Of a DNA stretch of 64,000 bases, positions 55,425 to 64,000 are shown piece after piece (positions within the stretch are counted from its first letter, which is position 1; every line of letters begins with the position of its first letter). Source of the stretch: an uncultured virus (IMG/VR IMGVR_UViG_3300025096_000011) (Duplodnaviria; Heunggongvirae; Uroviricota; Caudoviricetes); IMG/VR virus record IMGVR_UViG_3300025096_000011; one strand, given 5' to 3'. A program made the position numbers and the translations under genes. Under the pieces are notes generated by a model that was not told the DNA's origin, made no database searches, and saw only the letters and a list, made by a program, of their open reading frames with translations.

Positions 55425-57092
55425 ATGGCGCAAACGAAAGCAAGTGTGGAAGGTTCGAGACCAATCGGACTGCCAAGTGGGGCAAAGCTTGCTCATGTAG
55501 ACGGACTCAACATGGTCAAGATACAGGCCATGTTCGCCACACCAGACGCATTTGTGTCTATGTGTCAGATTGTGCGTGAAGACGAGTCTACAGGATACAT
55601 GAACCCCACACCTACTCAAAAACGGTTGCTGCATGCTGCGGCACAAAACCGCTGGGTCATGGTAAATAAGTTTCGTCAGGCAAAGATTACTACAGTTAGT
55701 GTCATGCTCTTGTTGCGTGACTGCATGTATCTAAGCGGTGTAAAGGGTACACTGATCGCTGAGCGTCAAGACACTGCCGAGGATGTGTTCGAGCGAATCT
55801 TGTTTGCCTATCATAGATTACCAAGTGATGTAAGGATGCCATTGGCCCCTGGCCGCAAGGCCGGGGCGACCCAAATACATTTCCTGCACGGTGGAGGCAT
55901 TAAGGTACTCACAGCAGGTGGGCGCTCCCCTGCGGTCGGTCGATCCATTGACCGTCTCATCATCACAGAGTTTGGTGAAGCGCAGTGGCAGCGCAAAGCG
56001 GCGGTCAACATCTTCCCCACAATCAACAAGCGCCCAAACGCACGGGTCATCTTGGAGTCCACTCCTGGGCGAGCCGGGTCACACCACGAACAGATGTGGC
56101 ACTCTACAATGGAAGGACGTGGCCGCTTTAAGCCTCTGTTCCTAAACTGGTGGGATGACGATAGTTGTCGTGTACCAGCCGAAGGGTTCGTACCGACAGA
56201 CTCTGAGATTGCGTACCGAGCACGTCATCCAGGTATGTCTGACGAGAACCTTGCGTTCAGGCGGTTAGGTCTTGAGACTGAGTTTGTCGGTGACCATAGG
56301 TTATTTACATCTAAGTATCCATCCGACCCTTATGATGGTTGGATCGGTTCACTGAACCCCGTCATGCCGGTAGACGTACTCAAGCCTGCATTGGCCAAGG
56401 CAGTCAACGACCCGAGTATCGGTCTGCACGGGTGTAATGAACTCGACCCACCCAAAGCAGGTACCAAGTACATCATCACGGCTGACCCTGCTGGCTTCGG
56501 CGCACGGGGCGATAAGTCTGCCCTGACCGTGTGGGACGCGCATGAGAGACGTGAGATAGCCTTTTGGGAAGAGCGGGAAGACCCGGCAAAGTTTGCTCGT
56601 CGACTACTCACGGTGCAAAAACATTACAATGGTGGAATGTTAATCGTTGAGTCGAACGCAACAGCCTGTATTGCCATTCTCCGAGACTCCGGGGCAAAGA
56701 ACCTCCTGTGGACCGATCGCAGTCACCCAGGCTGGTACGCCACAGACAAGCGCATCCAAGAAGCAGAGGCACGTCTGGTACGCATGATCCGGCAGGGAGA
56801 CATCGAAGTGCGTAGTCGCGGCCTTTTGCACCAACTTGTGAACTACGATGGTAGTCGCAAGAAACGTGCGAAGGGACTCGATGGCACCACACACCACTTC
56901 GACCGTGCCCGAACAGCCGTCATGGCCGCTGACATTTTGTCAAAAAGAAAGTTCACCAAAGTACAGGATGAGGTACCATCGTCGACGTATGTACCCGGTC
57001 AGGTCACCATTAAGGACCTTGACAAGATTAAGCACTCAGAGAAAATGCGTTACAGAAACCCGTACAAACCTGCGTCAAGGTTTGGAGGTTAA
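55425..57092 (+). CDS. terL: terminase large subunit
   Basis: PTPTQ, KFRQAKITT, LIITEF, ILESTP; RNase H-like ADPAG...DKSA, IVESN, HFD; followed by the portal gene. Confidence 0.9.
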   Translation: MAQTKASVEGSRPIGLPSGAKLAHVDGLNMVKIQAMFATPDAFVSMCQIVREDESTGYMNPTPTQKRLLHAAAQNRWVMVNKFRQAKITTVSVMLLLRDCMYLSGVKGTLIAERQDTAEDVFERILFAYHRLPSDVRMPLAPGRKAGATQIHFLHGGGIKVLTAGGRSPAVGRSIDRLIITEFGEAQWQRKAAVNIFPTINKRPNARVILESTPGRAGSHHEQMWHSTMEGRGRFKPLFLNWWDDDSCRVPAEGFVPTDSEIAYRARHPGMSDENLAFRRLGLETEFVGDHRLFTSKYPSDPYDGWIGSLNPVMPVDVLKPALAKAVNDPSIGLHGCNELDPPKAGTKYIITADPAGFGARGDKSALTVWDAHERREIAFWEEREDPAKFARRLLTVQKHYNGGMLIVESNATACIAILRDSGAKNLLWTDRSHPGWYATDKRIQEAEARLVRMIRQGDIEVRSRGLLHQLVNYDGSRKKRAKGLDGTTHHFDRARTAVMAADILSKRKFTKVQDEVPSSTYVPGQVTIKDLDKIKHSEKMRYRNPYKPASRFGG

Positions 57093-57353
57093 ATGGCCAA
57101 CTACAACGAAATAACGAGCAACCCGTCGAACCGGGCAGCAACTGAAGTAGTTAAGCGCGGCGGTAGAGTCGTCACAGACAAGTCAATGGTCGTTGTGACA
57201 ACCGCAGGTGACCGACTAACTCTTAAACCTGTAGAAATAACCCTAAGAGCCAATAAGATTGTTAGTCGACGACTACAACCTGGCGGTCAGGTAACAACGA
57301 ACTACCTACCCCAAATACCCGATCAGGTGTCTTTGATCGAAGGAAGTGACTAA
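57093..57353 (+). CDS. hypothetical protein
   Basis: GGAGG RBS; abuts terL. Confidence 0.7.
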   Translation: MANYNEITSNPSNRAATEVVKRGGRVVTDKSMVVVTTAGDRLTLKPVEITLRANKIVSRRLQPGGQVTTNYLPQIPDQVSLIEGSD

Positions 57354-57691
57354 TGGGTAAGGGTAGAGGGATAATGGCCGAGGGCTTCAAAGACTCAGGT
57401 GGCCCTGGTAAGTGGATGATGCGATCACCCAAGGCGTTGTTTAAGAAGGGAAAAACAGCGGAGCAACGCAGCGCTTTTATGATGACCGGCAGTTTCGGGG
57501 GCTACTCGTCACAAAGAGAGTTATCGACTAAACAGAATGAACTTCTCAGTAAGGCGCTCAGAAAAATGGGGCTTTCGTCATCCCAAGTAATGGGCGCGAC
57601 TTACGGCTTAAAAGGAACGCCAAGAGAAGTTATAGAGACTGCGCTGACACGCGCACAGAAGATGCAGGATGGTGGCGGAAACAATGGATAA
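57353..57691 (+). CDS. hypothetical basic protein
   Basis: TAATG-coupled. Confidence 0.6.
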   Translation: MGKGRGIMAEGFKDSGGPGKWMMRSPKALFKKGKTAEQRSAFMMTGSFGGYSSQRELSTKQNELLSKALRKMGLSSSQVMGATYGLKGTPREVIETALTRAQKMQDGGGNNG

Positions 57692-59405
57692 ACTTAATCA
57701 ACTTATCGACAAGCACCTATCGTTCTACCAGAAGAACGAAAAGAAGTCGTTTGATCGGGCGCGTAGGTTCTATCGCGGAGACTTCTTTTCAAACAAAGGA
57801 GCCTCGGATCTTGGCGACTCGGGTAACTCACTGCTAAGTTCCAAGAACCTTGTGTACGCCATCGCAGATACTGCGGTATCGGCGCTACTTGGGCCCAACC
57901 CGGTTGTTGCAGCAAACCCGAGAAACCCGGACAGTGAGGACGCAGCGCCGGCAGTCAACGGTTTTATGGAGTACGTGTTTCACTCCAACAAGATGCGTAG
58001 ACGCGCAGCCACGGCACTGATTGATGCCGTTCTCTGTAAGCGCGGTATCTTCAAGACTGGTTGGAGTACCGTAGAAGACCGCCCTGTCGTCAAGGTAGTC
58101 GACCCGAGCGCGCTGTTCTTCGACATGACTGTGCGCGACGTAGACGATGTGCGTTACTGGTTGGAAGCTACAGTCATGCCATGGTCTGAGTTCAAGGCAC
58201 GCGTACAATCTGGGCGGTATAAATCCGAAAAGCTTGGGGACATTCGACCCGATCGCTACCCAAGTTGGATGCTCGACCGGTCACAAAAAGGTCAGACGAA
58301 CACAGTACGTGATTCGTTTCAATGGGTCACAGTATGGGAATACTACGATCGCCAACGAAACATCGTACAGCACTACGTAAAGCAAGCTGACGCCGTCGTG
58401 TTTGAAGACAAGATCGACTACATTCCATACAGCATGTTCAGCTTGAACCACTCAGGCGTTGACTGTTTGGGTCTCAGCGAAGTCCAGTTGATTCTCGACC
58501 AACAACAAACGGTCAATGATTTGCTCAGTCACATGAAGCAGATCACCTACCTAATGATTCCGAGGATTCTGTACGATGCAGGACGAATCACAGAAGAGGA
58601 TCTGAACAAGGCAGTTGAGTCGTCAACCGGTGCGTTCATTGGTGTAGCGCCTGAGAACAGCGAAGCACTGCGAAACTTAGCCACATTGTTTTACCCAATG
58701 CCGATGCCTGATTCACCGCAGGGAGTTAAGGAGTTCATCGCTCGACAGGAAGACGATGCAGCTTTTATATCTGCACTTGCTGAGGCCGCACGGGGACAGG
58801 TTACTGGGGCCAGGACCGCGACCGAAATGGCAATCATCGATTCCCAAATGCGGAACCGTCTTGCCACCCGCGAAGGACACCTCAACGATTCCCTTCAAGA
58901 CGTGGCTGCGAAGGCTTTTTACCTCTCGAAACTCTACATGAGTGAGGCCAAGACGGTTCGAGTCTCAGGCGAACGTCGGTGGGATACAGTTACAATAGAC
59001 TCAATCGCAGACGTGCTGGTCGACTTTGAGATGACCACACATCACCCAATGCAACGCAACCCCGCAGTTGTGTTGGAGTCCATGATTCAGATGCTTCCGA
59101 TGCTGGTCCAGAGCCCGCACATTGATGTACGTCAACTGACGGAAGAACTCATCGAAGGTATCGGACTATCGAAGAACGTACTGATGCCGCCAAAGGATGC
59201 TGCAATGAGCGCTGCTGCTGCACAACAACAAGAGTTGATGATCGCAGGTGCTCAGTCGCCAGACGGTGCAAGTCAGGCTCTCACAGACACGCAACAGGCT
59301 CTCGACGAGAACGTTGTCGAAATAGCCCCAGGGGCAGCACCCGCAGAGGCCGCGCCAGAAGAGGTGTTAGCTGCTGGTGGTGGCGCACCGATACGCCAGC
59401 AATAG
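57684..59405 (+). CDS. portal protein (P22/T7-like)
   Basis: RFYRG, VDPSALFFD, VTVWEYYD, GLSEVQ..LDQQ..VN, RGQ..GARTATE. Confidence 0.9.
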   Translation: MDKLNQLIDKHLSFYQKNEKKSFDRARRFYRGDFFSNKGASDLGDSGNSLLSSKNLVYAIADTAVSALLGPNPVVAANPRNPDSEDAAPAVNGFMEYVFHSNKMRRRAATALIDAVLCKRGIFKTGWSTVEDRPVVKVVDPSALFFDMTVRDVDDVRYWLEATVMPWSEFKARVQSGRYKSEKLGDIRPDRYPSWMLDRSQKGQTNTVRDSFQWVTVWEYYDRQRNIVQHYVKQADAVVFEDKIDYIPYSMFSLNHSGVDCLGLSEVQLILDQQQTVNDLLSHMKQITYLMIPRILYDAGRITEEDLNKAVESSTGAFIGVAPENSEALRNLATLFYPMPMPDSPQGVKEFIARQEDDAAFISALAEAARGQVTGARTATEMAIIDSQMRNRLATREGHLNDSLQDVAAKAFYLSKLYMSEAKTVRVSGERRWDTVTIDSIADVLVDFEMTTHHPMQRNPAVVLESMIQMLPMLVQSPHIDVRQLTEELIEGIGLSKNVLMPPKDAAMSAAAAQQQELMIAGAQSPDGASQALTDTQQALDENVVEIAPGAAPAEAAPEEVLAAGGGAPIRQQ

Positions 59406-59414
59406 GAGACTAAA

Positions 59415-60299
59415 ATGGGTGTAGAAAAGAAACCGGGTGCGATCTCAACCGATCAAACCGCTGGAAACGTTTTACAGCGCATGCGAGAAGATGAGGACGA
59501 AGAACAAACAATCTCACTTGGGGGCAAGGGCGAGGCAGGTACAGGCACTGTAACCGTGCCCGAGGGCACCCCAACTCAGCAACGCAAATACGCGAAAGCT
59601 GTACACCTTCGCAAATACCCTGACCTTGCCGAAAAACTAGACGCACAAAAAAGAGAGGTGCAGAAAAGTTTTAGCTTCGATAGCAGTAAGCCTGGGGCTG
59701 GATTGGTATACCAATCTAAAGAAGAAGACAAAGATAAAGAAGCTTTCCGCAAGTTTTTTGAAGAAGCCGACGAACAAACACCTGTGCACGACGAGCCTCT
59801 ATCCGAGGAAGACAAGGCAGCGAATGTAGCGATCGAAAAAGAAGACCGAGCAGAGAAGTGGAAAAAAGCTGCGGGGCAGGCAGTCGAACGCGGCAAAAAA
59901 CAACCTAAGCGTCAAGGACAGACGGGTGGTGACGAAGAAGATGAGGGCACCAATGGCGGTGGTGATCCGGTGAAAACTTCGGGTGCCGCTGACGTGAACG
60001 CTGAACTCTATGCGCCTCACCTGGAGGGTAGTGAGGACATGACTCCTGAACAACTCATCCAAAAGGCTTTCGACGCAGCAGCAAAGAACTACGGACAATC
60101 ATACGAAGACAGACAGCCGTATACCGAAGAGGGTGTAGAGATTGACGGCATCCCGTACTCGAAAGAAACGTATGAATCAGGGGAAGTGTTTTTAGTGCCT
60201 ACAGGCGAAGAGGGAGACCTCATGCGTGCTCACGACGACAAAGCACAAAGAGAAAAGTTTAAGGCGAATAAAGCTAAGATGGAGGCATTTGGGTTGTAA
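59415..60299 (+). CDS. charged hypothetical protein
   Basis: AGGAG RBS; 294 aa. Confidence 0.7.
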   Translation: MGVEKKPGAISTDQTAGNVLQRMREDEDEEQTISLGGKGEAGTGTVTVPEGTPTQQRKYAKAVHLRKYPDLAEKLDAQKREVQKSFSFDSSKPGAGLVYQSKEEDKDKEAFRKFFEEADEQTPVHDEPLSEEDKAANVAIEKEDRAEKWKKAAGQAVERGKKQPKRQGQTGGDEEDEGTNGGGDPVKTSGAADVNAELYAPHLEGSEDMTPEQLIQKAFDAAAKNYGQSYEDRQPYTEEGVEIDGIPYSKETYESGEVFLVPTGEEGDLMRAHDDKAQREKFKANKAKMEAFGL

Positions 60300-60781
60300 T
60301 GAGTTTTAGAACAAACAATATCGAATGTACTGGCTGCGACTTCTTTGAATACGAAGTGTTCTACCGCACATCAGAGGGCCCACCCGACTGTCCTGAGTGC
60401 GGTAGCGAACGTAAGATGAGTTTCAAAGGGTTCAGCTTTGCGATCCACGGCCAGGGCTACGGTTCATTTGCACCAGTCGACTTTGGTGTCATGGGTAAGG
60501 CTGAGACAAAAGAAGACTATGATCGGTGCGTAGCTGCCATTCAAAAGAAGTTCCCCGGCAAGCGCGTCGAGGTATCCCACGAAAGCGATACGCAAAAAAG
60601 CACACGATTAGACGAACTTCGGCACCGTTCCTTCAAGCAACGCAAGAGCCACGGTATTGACGAGAACATGCGTAAGGGTATCCGTGAGCACCAGAAGCGC
60701 CGAGCACAAGAACACTTGGCTGTTGGAAACACAAAGACAAGGATCGCTTCTGCTGCTGACTTAGTAAAAGGCAAAGAGTGA
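60299..60781 (+). CDS. FmdB-like zinc-ribbon protein
   Basis: CTGC...CPECGS...FAIHGQG at the N-terminus. Confidence 0.7.
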   Translation: MSFRTNNIECTGCDFFEYEVFYRTSEGPPDCPECGSERKMSFKGFSFAIHGQGYGSFAPVDFGVMGKAETKEDYDRCVAAIQKKFPGKRVEVSHESDTQKSTRLDELRHRSFKQRKSHGIDENMRKGIREHQKRRAQEHLAVGNTKTRIASAADLVKGKE

Positions 60782-60969
60782 TACTGAATGAGAGCAAGCT
60801 ACGCTACGTGCTCGACATGCCGTATCAAGATGCGTACGTCTATGAGCACATGAGAAGCGGAGAGCGTAGAATACTCACAGGTAAAAGCATCGCAAGTCAT
60901 GGGCTGACTCAAGCCTGGAAACTCGCCAAGAAAAAGAAGCCTGCGAAGCAGGAACCAACAACTGACTAA
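60778..60969 (+). CDS. hypothetical protein
   Basis: GTGA-coupled 63-aa ORF. Confidence 0.5.
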   Translation: MILNESKLRYVLDMPYQDAYVYEHMRSGERRILTGKSIASHGLTQAWKLAKKKKPAKQEPTTD

Positions 60970-61011
60970 TCCTACGTGGTATGTTACACCACATATATTA
61001 AGGAGACTCCC

Positions 61012-61695
61012 ATGCCCACCGATCCCAAAACAGGTAAGAAACTTCCATACGCTGGAGAACCTGGAGCACCCGAAGATGCGCCACCCATGCCCGAAGGCGA
61101 AGGTGCCGCGCAAGAGGTCATCCCTGATCGTGACTTGGTGCCACTGGCAAATGAGGCCGACTCTTTGATGCTGGGTGACATGCTGAACAATGTCGAAGGC
61201 GCGTTGGGCCCGCAAGAAACAAGTCCTGCTGACATGACCGAAGAAGACATGGCGGGCGACGACGCAACCATGGACACGAAGCCCCTCGAAGATATGTTGG
61301 GTGTTTCTCCTGAGCGCGCGTCACAAATCTTAGCAGCGGCGCAAATGATGCCTCAGATGGAAGGTAAGTCACCTACAGAGATCGCAGAAATGCTGGCTGG
61401 TGACATGCAACTTCGCATGCAGGTAGAGAAGATTGCTGCGCGTACAGCGGACACAGCGACGGAAGACGCGGCTTTGGAAGCTGATATGGCTCCAGCCGAA
61501 GAACCACCAGCCGAAGAACCTATGCCTGAAGAGGCTGAAGGTGGCCCATCAATGGCTAAAGCGTTGACCGGTGCCGCTGGTTTTGGGTCTGCGTCACCCA
61601 TAGGCGCGAAACTGACTGATGCCGTAGGTGGTGTCTCCGGTATGTTTGGGGCTACCAAGGCCGCGATGAAATCGGCAGTAAAGAAATCAAAATAA
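61012..61695 (+). CDS. acidic Met/Pro/Glu-rich protein
   Basis: ATG 61012 after AAGGAG. Confidence 0.7.
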   Translation: MPTDPKTGKKLPYAGEPGAPEDAPPMPEGEGAAQEVIPDRDLVPLANEADSLMLGDMLNNVEGALGPQETSPADMTEEDMAGDDATMDTKPLEDMLGVSPERASQILAAAQMMPQMEGKSPTEIAEMLAGDMQLRMQVEKIAARTADTATEDAALEADMAPAEEPPAEEPMPEEAEGGPSMAKALTGAAGFGSASPIGAKLTDAVGGVSGMFGATKAAMKSAVKKSK

Positions 61696-61719
61696 CCACT
61701 CAAGCAACAAGGGGAAATA

Positions 61720-62676
61720 ATGTTTGAAGAAGACAACGAAGCCGTAGACGAAGCAGTATCCACCGAATCAGTTGAATCGTCGGAGCCTGTAGAGTCAGTA
61801 CAAGAATCAGTCGAGGTAGCCTCTGACTCTGTTGAGTCTACCGAAACTGCGGCAGACGCATTGGAAGCAGCACCTGACGTCCTTGATTGGAACGGTGAAC
61901 TTGAGTCAATCCAAAAAGAGGCTTGGTACACCGGACTCGACGAGAACATTCGAGACGTTGTGCAGCGGGGCATGACTGCGAAGTATCGCAACTATGAACG
62001 CGGTTACACCAAAGCGTTCCAAGAAGCGGCCGTCAAGCGTCGTGCCTTAGACACCAGAGAGAAAGAGATTCGTGACACCGAACTTCGTGTACAGAAGTGG
62101 CTGCATGGTGATGTCGACCCAATGGCTGAGAAGCAACGTGAGATGGAGTTGCTACGCGCTAACCATTCATCTGCGCTCGACACGCTTCGCAAAGAGCATG
62201 AGCAAGCTGTTCTGAAGCAACAAACAAGCCACACGACCACGATTGATGAGTTGATTGCGGCGCGTGAGGCTGCTGAAGAACGTGCGCGTAACTTTGAGCA
62301 TGCAGAGGCGCAGCGGGAGCAAGCAGCACTGGATGCCGAAGTAGACAACTTCGAGAGTTGGATTCAGGAAGCTGCGCCTCACGTCTACAATGACAAAGAC
62401 GCGCTGTACGCCTTGTGTGTTCAGGTTGCCAGTAACATTCCGAAGGAATCTGCACTGCGTATGGTTCTTGCTGGATACCCGGCGCCTGAACCAGAACAGG
62501 CACCTGAACCCGCGCCAGTCGAACCAGCACCAGTGCCTGATGCCGTCGAAATGATGAACATGGGTGCGAGCCCTGCGGCCAACACAACGGAGCAAACCAA
62601 CCTTTCGTTCGACGAACGTATGGATCTATTGCGTCGTCAGTACATGGCAGAAGCCGCTACCCAACAAGGCGGATAG
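61720..62676 (+). CDS. capsid scaffolding protein
   Basis: Acidic N-terminus, YERGYTKAFQE motif and long coiled coil; end of the portal operon. Confidence 0.7.
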   Translation: MFEEDNEAVDEAVSTESVESSEPVESVQESVEVASDSVESTETAADALEAAPDVLDWNGELESIQKEAWYTGLDENIRDVVQRGMTAKYRNYERGYTKAFQEAAVKRRALDTREKEIRDTELRVQKWLHGDVDPMAEKQREMELLRANHSSALDTLRKEHEQAVLKQQTSHTTTIDELIAAREAAEERARNFEHAEAQREQAALDAEVDNFESWIQEAAPHVYNDKDALYALCVQVASNIPKESALRMVLAGYPAPEPEQAPEPAPVEPAPVPDAVEMMNMGASPAANTTEQTNLSFDERMDLLRRQYMAEAATQQGG

Positions 62677-62920
62677 TAAAAACCGCCCAACAGCAGCGGA
62701 AAAACAAACCTGCCGTTGGACGGTAGCCGGTGGGCAAGACAACAAACATGCAAGACAACGTTCAAGATACCGGCTAAACCGATTGTATCAGGGGGCGGGG
62801 CAAATGCCCAGGTAAAGTCCTCCCCCCACCCGGTAGGAATCGCCCATGCTCACGCTCCGAGATGGGAACAGACGATGTGGGTGGGGGGAGAACCTGGACG
62901 TTATTTCTTATCCGCCATGT
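62664..62920. ncRNA. candidate multibranched structured RNA
   Basis: Outer stem GGCGGATAG/TTATCCGCC encloses three stems, one a perfect 12 bp. Confidence 0.5.
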
Positions 62921-62922
62921 CG

Positions 62923-63204
62923 TTAATACTCTCGACAACTGTGGATAATGCAGTCATGCCACTTCCAGTCCTTGGTCATGTAGTCAATCAACTCTTTATT
63001 ACGCGCAAACTTAAACGTAGGTATGAAGTGCATATCGGCTCGGAAGTCCTTGCACAGTTGAGTAATCTTACAGACGTACCGCTTGTTGTCATACTGCAAT
63101 ATCCAAGACCCATCGTCTGTTTGCGCGGTAACCTGCCCCTCAACTTGCTGAGTTGCGGCGGCTGGTTGACTAAGTAACATCATCAGTAGCAAAAGACCTC
63201 TCAT
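62923..63204 (-). CDS. small protein with signal peptide
   Basis: MRGLLLLMMLLSQPAAA signal; ATGA-coupled. Confidence 0.65.
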   Translation of the reverse strand: MRGLLLLMMLLSQPAAATQQVEGQVTAQTDDGSWILQYDNKRYVCKITQLCKDFRADMHFIPTFKFARNKELIDYMTKDWKWHDCIIHSCREY

Positions 63205-63998
63205 AGTTCATCCTCTCTTTGTGACCGTACAGCGGCAGCAGCAGGAACGGCGGCACCTGCGCCATACAATCCGGTAGGCTTAAACTCACCGGTTACCTTA
63301 CCTAAGTCCGGCGCATCAGCCGCCAACTTTAATGACGAATCATCGATCGCAATAATCGACAACGAGCCTGGGTCCTCAGCTATGTTCGTATAGATAACGC
63401 CATCAAACCCGTGCTTTTTGTAAATATCGCGTACCGACTGTGCTTCTACCGCCTCATTTAACCTGAGATTGGCTGACCCGTCCCAATCTAATCCCGCGTT
63501 GCGTACCCTTAACTCGGCATCATCGAGATACTTTTTTAGGTCTGCCGCAAACTTTTTCTCATTCAGTCTCTCAGCAGACTTAATCGAGTCAAGTAGGACA
63601 GACTTTGCGCCCCACCCATATCCGTCAGGTAAAGGTAGTAGTTTATTGTACTTAAAGTAGAACACACGCTCCGCGTCATACGAAGGCTGAATCCTACCCT
63701 GACCGATAGGGTGGGGTGGTGGTTTTGGCTCAAATGGGTTTGCTAACTCATCGGCCCGAGAGGACCGTGCAAGCCGATACTCACGGTGTTGAGCAGCTTC
63801 TGTCGTCCCTGCGTGAAATCCGAACGAACGCCCCGCATCGTAGTCTATTGTAGTGCCGCGCATACCAGGGGTACTATGGTGAACAACAAGCACATCTGGA
63901 GTGTACGCTACTTGATCGATATACTTTAAGTTATCGGGATTCGGAACTTGGGCAAGAAGTCGCTTATATGCGTCCGCGTACTTGTCGTTTAGCGCCTC
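63201..63998 (-). CDS. C-terminal part of a protein with an ART-PolyVal-like ADP-ribosyltransferase domain (5'-truncated)
   Basis: VVHHST...GFHAGT...HGFDGVIYTN..EDPGSLSII; frame stays open to the window end. Confidence 0.65.
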   Translation of the reverse strand, partial: EALNDKYADAYKRLLAQVPNPDNLKYIDQVAYTPDVLVVHHSTPGMRGTTIDYDAGRSFGFHAGTTEAAQHREYRLARSSRADELANPFEPKPPPHPIGQGRIQPSYDAERVFYFKYNKLLPLPDGYGWGAKSVLLDSIKSAERLNEKKFAADLKKYLDDAELRVRNAGLDWDGSANLRLNEAVEAQSVRDIYKKHGFDGVIYTNIAEDPGSLSIIAIDDSSLKLAADAPDLGKVTGEFKPTGLYGAGAAVPAAAAVRSQREDEL

Positions 63999-64000
63999 CC

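Noticed and set aside
62664..62920. Retron msr-msd or stop-codon readthrough element
   Set aside because: No reverse transcriptase in the window, and the scaffold TAG is immediately followed by TAA.
62716..63177. Plus-strand 153-aa ORF after the scaffold gene
   Set aside because: No RBS; it overlaps the structured element and is antisense to the signal-peptide gene.
1..64000. tRNA genes, integrase, alternative genetic code, diversity-generating retroelement
   Set aside because: No tRNA cloverleaf, recombinase or RT motifs were seen. Long ORFs are intact in the standard code and all three stop codons are used.

Overview
The window is a 64-kb segment of a tailed dsDNA bacteriophage genome with a podovirus-like structural gene set. 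ORFs run off both edges. From left to right: (1) a ~1.1-kb non-coding, repeat- and palindrome-rich region between divergent early transcription units; (2) about 20 small early ORFs (1.3-8.3 kb), eight of them joined by a near-identical 14-nt junction GGAGGTGAGTGATG; (3) a terminase small subunit-like gene; (4) a minus-strand replication/recombination block (DUF927 helicase, SMC/SbcC-like ATPase, UDG-fused family A DNA polymerase, SSB-like protein, Sak4/AAA_24-like ATPase, Cas4-like nuclease, SNF2-like helicase) with a divergent XRE regulator; (5) a lysis cassette; (6) virion genes (four paralogous small beta-rich proteins, fibres, a 2685-aa polyvalent ejection protein, tail tubular proteins, cement, major capsid); (7) a divergently transcribed TerL-portal-scaffold operon; (8) a candidate multibranched RNA; and (9) the 3' end of an ART-PolyVal-like ADP-ribosyltransferase gene. 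The main unexplained signals are the modular early-gene junctions, apparent window-wide absence of AATT plus local GATC depletion, a recurrent 15-bp promoter/operator motif, a His at the polymerase steric-gate position, and three candidate structured RNAs. All protein assignments come from recognising motifs by eye; no database searches were run.
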